Shown here piece after piece: positions 55,501-61,575 of a DNA stretch of 64,000 nucleotides. The stretch is from an uncultured Bacteroidales bacterium (lineage in GTDB: Bacteria; Bacteroidota; Bacteroidia; Bacteroidales; UBA932): positions 9,658 through 73,657 of the forward strand of contig ONJB01000006.1 of assembly GCA_900318015.1 (NCBI GenBank), read 5' to 3'. Below the pieces are notes generated by a model. The model saw only the letters and a program-made list of their open reading frames with translations, had not been told where the DNA came from and did no database searches. How positions within the stretch are numbered: position 1 is the first letter of the stretch; each line of letters begins with the position of its first letter. The position numbers and the translations under genes are program-made.

Positions 55501-56254
55501 CCTGCACGGTCTCCGGCGTGTTGCCCTTGTAGTTGACCACGTAACCGTAGATGATCACGTCGTCGCCCACCTTGACATCCGGATCCTTGGAGGTCCACTT
55601 CTTGTTGCCCAGGTACAGGACCCGGTAGCAGTAGAACTGCTCGGAGGTGTCGCTGCCGTCGTCGGAGATGTAGAAGGTCGCATTGCCATACGTACCGCTG
55701 GAGGCGAAGTTGCTGCCGTCGTCGATGCGGGAGATCTTACCCTTGACATACACGCCGGAAGAACTCTGGACATCGGAGCCGAGGCTCTTCACGTACTTGA
55801 CGGCGCCCGCCACGGTGAGCGGGTTGTCGAGCGTGCCGATGATTTCCTCGCCGCGCTCGCCGGTCTGGGTGATGTCGATGGTCTTGTAGTCGTAGCCGAT
55901 CGAGAACTTCACCCGCTTGCTGCGGTTGTAGCCGGCGTTGTTCAGGACGGTGAGGGTCACCTGCTGGGGCTGGTCCGAAGCGACCCCGGCTTCCGGCGTC
56001 ACGGCGATCCACGGGACCTCGTCGGAATCCCAGTCGATCTCGGCCACCCAGTCACGGTTCGCCGTGACGGTCAGCGGGATGTTCACCAGCTGCATGTCCA
56101 GCGGGCACGAGGCCTGCTTGGTCTCCTCGTCGAAGGTGAGCGCCGGTCCGGCGATCTTGATCTGCGGGAGCTTGATATCGGCCTCTTCCGGCCGGCAGCC
56201 GACGAGGGCGGCCGCCAGGCCCAGAAGGGCGAACAGACTTGTTCTGAGTTTCAT
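52595..56254 (-). CDS. Large surface lipoprotein: BACON domain, seven OB-fold-like modules and a C-terminal beta-rich domain
   Basis: Lipobox LVGC; six about 125-140-aa repeats (GTxDxPY...YxKGKISRI...YGNASFYI...DIKVGDEVxxxGxLMNYxGxTPE), one divergent OB-like module, and Gly-rich DTP linkers. Confidence 0.8.
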   Translation of the reverse strand: MKLRTSLFALLGLAAALVGCRPEEADIKLPQIKIAGPALTFDEETKQASCPLDMQLVNIPLTVTANRDWVAEIDWDSDEVPWIAVTPEAGVASDQPQQVTLTVLNNAGYNRSKRVKFSIGYDYKTIDITQTGERGEEIIGTLDNPLTVAGAVKYVKSLGSDVQSSSGVYVKGKISRIDDGSNFASSGTYGNATFYISDDGSDTSEQFYCYRVLYLGNKKWTSKDPDVKVGDDVIIYGYVVNYKGNTPETVQGTAFVYEHNGVNRGTDEGGGGGNEGTPAGTGTAADPYNVAAARAAVKDLTWTANDNYEKTGTVYVKGKISRIADNGTFGQSGTFGNASFYINDGEDGAELYAYRILYLGNKKYTSGTDIKVGDEVVICGELMNYRGNTPETVSNAAYLYSLNGEGEGGGGGDTPTGEAKGTGTLDDPYNALGAANAVKDLTWTSNTEYQSTGDVYIKGKISRIANKGTFTEGGTYGNASFYISDDGKEANEFYCFRILYLDNKKFEAGQTDIKVGDEVIVYGQLMNYQGNTPETVAGKAYLYSLNGSGGGGDTPGGEIKAMTIAAYLAEPVSTTQWYELTGTVSNIANTTYGNFDLTDDSGKVYVYGLCATKVEKNDKSFASLDIKEGDNITIITLRSEHNGSPQAGGNTPAYLKSKNGGSTPSTEGTGTLDDPYTAVGAAAAVKDLTWTSNSDYQKTEKVYVKGKISRIANKGTYTEGGSYGNASYYISADGTENGEFYIFRSLYFNGEKYTAGTDIKVGDEVIVYGSLMNYQGKTPETVAGENWLYSLNGKTDGGGSDTPSGGTLDNPYTVAQALAAVKDLTWTSNTEYESTEDVYMKGKISKIANKGTFTEGGSYGNASFYISDDGTETNEFYCFRILYLENKKFEDGQTDIKVGDEVIVYGKLMNYKGNTPETVSGKAYLYSLNGKTEPGSGGGDTPAAGTVDNPYTVAQALDAVKDLTWTSNTEYDSTDDVYMKGKISRIANKGTFTEGGSYGNASFYISDDGTETNEFYCFRILYLGNKKFEEGQTDIKVGDEVVICGKLMNYKGNTPETVSGKAYLYSLESAPGGGGGDTPSGSSVSFATNSSAQTWAEATDGTYGDGFATTAQGLKIGFYKHTSSNKPVAPNENHVRIYKNAVLCVEPADGKKIKKIVIGCAPNAGSSSYCFDMAGLEGGASATCDKEALTVTWTGSAAKVVLHANNGQVRMEKITVEFE
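53050..55840 (-). repeat. Intragenic tandem array of about 0.4-kb OB-fold-coding repeats
   Basis: For example CCTTGCCGGAAACGGTCTCGGGCGTGTTGCCCTT occurs at 53071 and 53488 (417-bp period). Boundaries are approximate. Confidence 0.85.
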
Positions 56255-56269
56255 ATTGCGAAGCATTGG

Positions 56270-58147
56270 TTATTCGGTTTTACCGTTCAGGGAATAGAGG
56301 TAGGCCTTGCCGGAGACGGTTTCGGGCGTATTGCCCTTGTAGTTCATCAGCTTGCCGTAGATGATGACTTCATCACCCACCTTGATATCGGTCTGGCCAG
56401 CCTCGAACTTCTTGTTGCCGAGGTAGAGGGCGCGGAACACCTGGAACTCGCCGTCTCCCGTCCCGTCGCCGGAAAGGAAGAAAGAGGCATTTCCGTAGCT
56501 GCCGCCCTCGGTATAGGTGCCGCCGGAGGCGATCCGGCAGATCTTGCCCTTCATGTACACCTCGTCCGTGGACTCATACTCCGTGTTGGAGGTCCAGGTC
56601 AGGCCGGCGACGGCCGCGGCCGCCTCCGCCGGGGTATAGGGATTCGCGAGGGAGCCCTTGGCATTGGCCCCGGCAATCTTGACGGCGATGACGTTGACGA
56701 ACTTGCCGCCGCTGGAGAGGCCGTTGAAGTAGCCGGTCACGGTGACGGTCTGGCCGTCGAACGACTTGGCGTCCAGCGCCTCGACCGGATAGACGATGCT
56801 GCCCTGCTTGACGCCGGTGTCCACGCCGTCGAACTCCACGTTGTAGTAGTTGCCGGAGACCTTGAGGGTGCCGGTGAACTGGATGAACTCGGCGACGCTG
56901 GCCGTATAGTCGAGGACGGAGGCCGTGATGTCCTTCACTGTCGGATGGACGACGGACGCGGTGCCGGTCTTCTCGACGGAGGTCAGGGTGGCGAGCTCGG
57001 GCACGCCGTTGTAGGTGGTCTTGGTGGCCATGACCTTCACCTTGTCGCCGACTTCGACGGCATTGGCGCCGCTGTCATAGGCATAGATGGCGGTGGCGCC
57101 GTCGGAGATCACGAAACCCCGGCCGGTCTTCGCCACGACGGTGGATTCGAGGGTCTCCACGCCGGAGTTGTCCGGCAGGGCCACGATCTCGGTCACGCTC
57201 TGGCCGGTCGGCGGGACGCCCGGCTGGCTCACGGACACGCTCTTGGAGGAGTTGGTGGCCTTGAACTGGATGGACGCCGTCCGGGCGGCCGTGGTGGGAT
57301 TGGCCTCGTAGGCGAAGGAATAGACGGCCGCGCCGCCTTCGCCCGCGGCGATGTCGGTCAGCCGGATCCAGCTCTCGGACGGGATGACCGCCATGCCGTC
57401 GGCCTTGGAGACCACGGAGATGGTGAAGGTTCCCGCCTCGGCGCTCTCGAGCGCAATCTCGGCCGGGTCCACGTCGATCAGGGACTTCTCCACCTTGATG
57501 AGGGTGGCGTCCACGAGTTCGAGGGTGCTGCCGTACATGGTGCGCGGTCCCTGGACGGTGATGACATCGCCCGATTCGACGCCGAACGTGTTCCAGCCGC
57601 CGGCATCCTTGGGATACTGCCCCTTCGCGTTGAACAGGCCGTAGATGTAGATGGTGCCGGTCTCGTCCTGGACATACAGGTTGCCGTAGTTCGTATTGGC
57701 GATGGTGGTCACGGTGCCGCGGATCCGGAAGGTCTGGCCGTCGTTGCCGGCCATCACCTCCGCGATCGTGGAGATCGGAGCCTCGTAGGCGCCCGGTCCG
57801 GCCTGGATCACGGTAAAGCGCTGCTTGCGGTCGCCGATGTTCAGCACGAGATTCGCCGTCCGTTCGGAGGAACCGGTGTTCTCGTCGGCCGCGAAGACGA
57901 TGCTGTTGACGGCGGGGCCGCCTTTGTGCGGGGTCACGGTGAGCCAGTCGGGAATGGTGCTTTCGTCGAAGGCCCAGTCGGCCTTGGACGTCACCGTCGT
58001 GCTGGCGACGCCGCCCCGCAGTTCAATGCTCAGGTAGGATTTCTCCACCTGGATGCTGTCCAGCGTGGAAATGACTTGCTCCTGCACGCAGCCGGCGGCG
58101 AGCGCCGCACCGGCGAGGATGGAAAGGAAGAATCTGTAGAGTTTCAT
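56270..58147 (-). CDS. Surface lipoprotein with two BACON-like domains and several OB-fold-like modules
   Basis: Lipobox LAAGC; FRIRGTVTTIANTNYGNLYVQDETG module; the C-terminal module is the same repeat as in the downstream gene. Confidence 0.78.
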   Translation of the reverse strand: MKLYRFFLSILAGAALAAGCVQEQVISTLDSIQVEKSYLSIELRGGVASTTVTSKADWAFDESTIPDWLTVTPHKGGPAVNSIVFAADENTGSSERTANLVLNIGDRKQRFTVIQAGPGAYEAPISTIAEVMAGNDGQTFRIRGTVTTIANTNYGNLYVQDETGTIYIYGLFNAKGQYPKDAGGWNTFGVESGDVITVQGPRTMYGSTLELVDATLIKVEKSLIDVDPAEIALESAEAGTFTISVVSKADGMAVIPSESWIRLTDIAAGEGGAAVYSFAYEANPTTAARTASIQFKATNSSKSVSVSQPGVPPTGQSVTEIVALPDNSGVETLESTVVAKTGRGFVISDGATAIYAYDSGANAVEVGDKVKVMATKTTYNGVPELATLTSVEKTGTASVVHPTVKDITASVLDYTASVAEFIQFTGTLKVSGNYYNVEFDGVDTGVKQGSIVYPVEALDAKSFDGQTVTVTGYFNGLSSGGKFVNVIAVKIAGANAKGSLANPYTPAEAAAAVAGLTWTSNTEYESTDEVYMKGKICRIASGGTYTEGGSYGNASFFLSGDGTGDGEFQVFRALYLGNKKFEAGQTDIKVGDEVIIYGKLMNYKGNTPETVSGKAYLYSLNGKTE

Positions 58148-58167
58148 ATCGTCGCGTGCTTGGGGGG

Positions 58168-61100
58168 TTAGTTGAACATGTACTTGACACCGATCTGCAT
58201 GTACCAGCAGTTGCCGAGGCTGTGCTGGTAGTCCCAGGTCTTCACGCCGGAATCCACCATGGTGGAGAACACGGGAACGCCGTCCGGATCCGTCCGCTCG
58301 TACTTCAGGATCTTGGCGTTGCCGCTGGCGTTGGGCACGTCGGGGTTGAAGCCCTTCGTCACGCCCCAGCGGGAGTTGAACAGGTTGCTGACGTTCTGGA
58401 CGTCCAGGCTCACCTGCAGGGTGTTGCGGACGCTGCCCACCTTCACGATGAAGTCATGGGCGAAGCGGAAGTCGAACACGTGGCGCATCGGCTGGTTCAC
58501 GGCGTAGGCCTCGGCATACTTGCCCGCGTTCGCGGTCAGGTAGGCGTCCTGCGCGGCGAACTCCCAGTAGCGGTTCGCATTGTCCTCGTCGATGAAACGG
58601 ATCTCGTTCTTGTTGGCGGGGATGTACATCAGGTCGTAGGCGTTGCCGTCGCCGTTCAGGTCGTTGCCGTAGACATAGCTGTTGCCCGAATAGCGGAGGC
58701 CTTCGTAGAACAGGCTCCAGTGGTTGTGCCCGGCGTCGGTGTAGGCGATGGAGGCCATCAGACGGTCAGGCAGGTTGTAGGAGGAGTTGTGCAGGATGTT
58801 GTAGTTCGGGCCGTCCACGGAAGGGATGTACTTCCAGGCGGCGGAGGCGTTGGAGCCCGGCATGCCGGTCACTTCCTTGCTCACGGTGTGCGTGTAGGCC
58901 GCCGTGATGCTGAGGTTCTGCAGCGGCTGGGCGTTCAGGGAAACGGTCGCGATGGAGCCCCAGCCCTTGTTGGTGTTGGTCAGCACGTAGGCGTCCTTGT
59001 TGGTGTAGCGGTAGTCGGAAGGATAGATGTGCCGGTTGTCGGGGCCGTTGAAGGTCACCCAGCCCGCATTGTCCTCCGGGATGTTGTAGTTGGTGAGCAT
59101 CACGCCGTTGATGGTCTTGTTGAAGATGTACTCGGCGCTGATGGTCAGCGGGAAGTCAAACGGGAAGGAGTAGTCGACGGCAAGGGAGCTCTTCCACACC
59201 TGCGGCATCTTGAAGTGGTAGTCCACGCCCGCGACTTCGCTCGGGGCGGGGGCCGTCTCCGGGGTGATGCTGGTCGGATACTTGTCCGGGTCGATGCCGT
59301 TCAGGATGTCCAGGATCTGCCAGCGGTCGTCCAGGATCTGCCAGCGGTCGGTCACGAGATGGCCGCCCGGCATCATCCGGCTCAGGACGTTGGGATCCTT
59401 CATCTTGGTCATGCGGCCTTTCACGATACCGGCGTTGGTAGGCATGTTGGTGAAGAACACCAGCGGAATACGGCCGGAGAAGAGGCCGGTACCGCCGCGG
59501 ACCTTCAGGCTCCTGTCCCCGAAGACGTCCCAGGAGAAGCCCAGACGGGGGCTCACCTGGATGCTGGTCTTGGGCCACTTGCCGGTGTCCACGTGCTTGC
59601 CGCCGAAGTCAAGGGCATACGTCGCATTGTTCGTCATGACGTCCTTGTTGTTGAAGGACAGGTTGTCCAGACGGAGACCTGCGGTGAGCTTGAAGCGGTC
59701 GTTCACGGTCCATTCGTCCTGGATATAGGCGCCGATCTGGGCGAAACGGACCTTCGCAGAAGGAGTCTCGTCCCGGTTGAATCCCCAGTCGAAAGCCATC
59801 TCGATCGGGGCGTTGCCCGCCATGAAGTCGCTCATGCTGGCGAACCGGAACATGCCGGTACCGTTACGCATGTACGTATTCAGGGCCATCTGGGCCTCCA
59901 CGTTGGCACCGGCGGTCACCTTGTGGGCGCCCAGGTACATGGTGACGTCGTCCTTGACGTTCAGCACCGTGTTCTGGACCTTGTTCCGGTAGGTGAAGAG
60001 TTCCGTACCGAAATCCATGTAAGGCTCGTTGGCATAGTCGGCACCCAGGTCGCCGGCAAGGATTTCCACGAACGGGAAGAAACCGCCGTCATTGCCGCGG
60101 ACGTCCTGGATGTCGGAGTACGTGACCAGCAGCTGGTTGGAAACCTTGTCCGAGAAGCGGGAGTTCAGGTCCGCGGAGACCGTCCAGAGGTTGTTCATCT
60201 GGTTGTACAGCGAGTTGGAGAAGACGAGGCCGTACTTGGAGACCATGCCGAAGCTCATGTCGGACACGTCGCGGGAGGTGGACGGAGCCGTCCACTTGTT
60301 GTTGTTCGTGTAGTTGTACCGCAGGGCCAGATGGTGCTTCTGGCTGATGTTCCAGTCGATGCGGGCGAGGAGCTTCAGGTTGCCCTGGTCCTTGTTGTAG
60401 TTGTTGTAGGAGCCCGGATCGTAGTCGTAGTTCTTGATGAGGAAATTCCGCATCTGCTCGGCCTCGGAGATCCTGACACGGGTGATCATGCGGGTCTCAT
60501 CCTCGACGCCGTCCTCGGAAGGACGCCACTTGATGATCTCGGAAGGGCTCGGGGAGCGCTCGGCGTTGACGAAGAAGAACAGCTTGTTCTTGATGATCGG
60601 GCCGCCCAGGGTGAAGCCGTACGTGGTCTTGCTTTCCGGGGTACGCTCGAGGTCCACGCCGTCCACGCGGTTGCCGTGCATGTTCTCGTTCTGGTAATAG
60701 ACATAGGCCGTTCCCTTGAACGTGTTCGTGCCGGACTTGGTGATGGCATTGATACCGCCGCCGATGAAGTTCGACTGACGGACGTCGTACGGGGAGACCA
60801 CGACCTGCATTTCCTCGATGGCGTCGATGGAAATCGGGTTGCCGCCGCCCGGCAGGGCCGTCGACAGACCGAAGTTGTTGTTCACGTTCGCGCCGTCCAC
60901 GGTGAAGTTGGTGGAACGGCCGGAGCTGCCGGAGAAGTTCATCCCGTTACCGCCGTAAGGCGAGAGCTTGGCCATGTCGGAGAAACTCCGGCTGATGGTA
61001 GGCATCTCGATCATCTGGCGGGAGGAGATGTTCGTGGAGGCGCCGGTCTTCTCCACCGCCGCGAACTTGGAGGTAGGGGCGGCGATGACGACGGCCTCGG

Positions 61101-61452
61101 AGAGGAACTCGGAGGATTCCGGAAGCTGCGCGTTCAGGTTGAACGTTTCGGCCAGGGAAAGGGTGACGTCGGTGTAGTTCACCTGCTGGTAGCCCAGGCA
61201 GGAAACCTCGACCCGGTAAGGGCCGCCGGTGCGCATACCCTGGATGGTGTACAGACCGTCCACGTTGGTCACGGAGCCGTAGCTGGTGCCGGAGGGCTCG
61301 TGGATGGCCACGACAGCGGCGCCGATGACCGGCTCTCCGTTCTGGTCCACGACCCGGCCGCCGAGGGACGACGTCGTCACCTGCGCGGAGGCAGCGATGC
61401 CAGCGAACATCGTGATGATCGCAAGCAAAAGGCTTTTCAAGGGATTTCTCAT
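58168..61452 (-). CDS. TonB-dependent receptor (Oar-like; carboxypeptidase-regulatory-like N-terminus)
   Basis: Signal peptide AASA-Q; PISIDAIEEMQVVVSPYDVRQSNFIGGGINAITKSGTN plug motif; terminal KYMFN. Confidence 0.9.
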   Translation of the reverse strand: MRNPLKSLLLAIITMFAGIAASAQVTTSSLGGRVVDQNGEPVIGAAVVAIHEPSGTSYGSVTNVDGLYTIQGMRTGGPYRVEVSCLGYQQVNYTDVTLSLAETFNLNAQLPESSEFLSEAVVIAAPTSKFAAVEKTGASTNISSRQMIEMPTISRSFSDMAKLSPYGGNGMNFSGSSGRSTNFTVDGANVNNNFGLSTALPGGGNPISIDAIEEMQVVVSPYDVRQSNFIGGGINAITKSGTNTFKGTAYVYYQNENMHGNRVDGVDLERTPESKTTYGFTLGGPIIKNKLFFFVNAERSPSPSEIIKWRPSEDGVEDETRMITRVRISEAEQMRNFLIKNYDYDPGSYNNYNKDQGNLKLLARIDWNISQKHHLALRYNYTNNNKWTAPSTSRDVSDMSFGMVSKYGLVFSNSLYNQMNNLWTVSADLNSRFSDKVSNQLLVTYSDIQDVRGNDGGFFPFVEILAGDLGADYANEPYMDFGTELFTYRNKVQNTVLNVKDDVTMYLGAHKVTAGANVEAQMALNTYMRNGTGMFRFASMSDFMAGNAPIEMAFDWGFNRDETPSAKVRFAQIGAYIQDEWTVNDRFKLTAGLRLDNLSFNNKDVMTNNATYALDFGGKHVDTGKWPKTSIQVSPRLGFSWDVFGDRSLKVRGGTGLFSGRIPLVFFTNMPTNAGIVKGRMTKMKDPNVLSRMMPGGHLVTDRWQILDDRWQILDILNGIDPDKYPTSITPETAPAPSEVAGVDYHFKMPQVWKSSLAVDYSFPFDFPLTISAEYIFNKTINGVMLTNYNIPEDNAGWVTFNGPDNRHIYPSDYRYTNKDAYVLTNTNKGWGSIATVSLNAQPLQNLSITAAYTHTVSKEVTGMPGSNASAAWKYIPSVDGPNYNILHNSSYNLPDRLMASIAYTDAGHNHWSLFYEGLRYSGNSYVYGNDLNGDGNAYDLMYIPANKNEIRFIDEDNANRYWEFAAQDAYLTANAGKYAEAYAVNQPMRHVFDFRFAHDFIVKVGSVRNTLQVSLDVQNVSNLFNSRWGVTKGFNPDVPNASGNAKILKYERTDPDGVPVFSTMVDSGVKTWDYQHSLGNCWYMQIGVKYMFN
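59309..59350. repeat. Exact 21-bp tandem duplication inside the receptor gene (DRWQILD x2)
   Basis: TCCAGGATCTGCCAGCGGTCG at 59309-59329 and 59330-59350. Confidence 0.95.
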
Positions 61453-61522
61453 AAGGTTATCGTGCTTTAATTATATAGTTTTCCAATTTGCGAATTTAAC
61501 GAAAAAAACGAAAAAGCACAAT

Positions 61523-61554
61523 AAAAAACGGGACCCCTTTTTAAGGGGCCCCGT
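61523..61554 (-). terminator. Intrinsic terminator after the upstream TonB-dependent receptor
   Basis: Minus strand reads ACGGGGCCCCTT-AAA-AAGGGGTCCCGT followed by a T run (12-bp stem with one G-U pair). Confidence 0.85.
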
Positions 61555-61575
61555 CGGGGATGCTGACCTGTCAGA

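Noticed and set aside
53050-55840. Possible CRISPR array or diversity-generating retroelement in the repeated region
   Set aside because: Repeats are about 400 bp, in frame and protein-coding, with no unique spacers, cas genes or reverse transcriptase.
52646-58171. 1841-aa plus-strand ORF, the longest in the window
   Set aside because: Mirror frame of the OB-repeat lipoprotein genes; its repetitiveness just reflects theirs.
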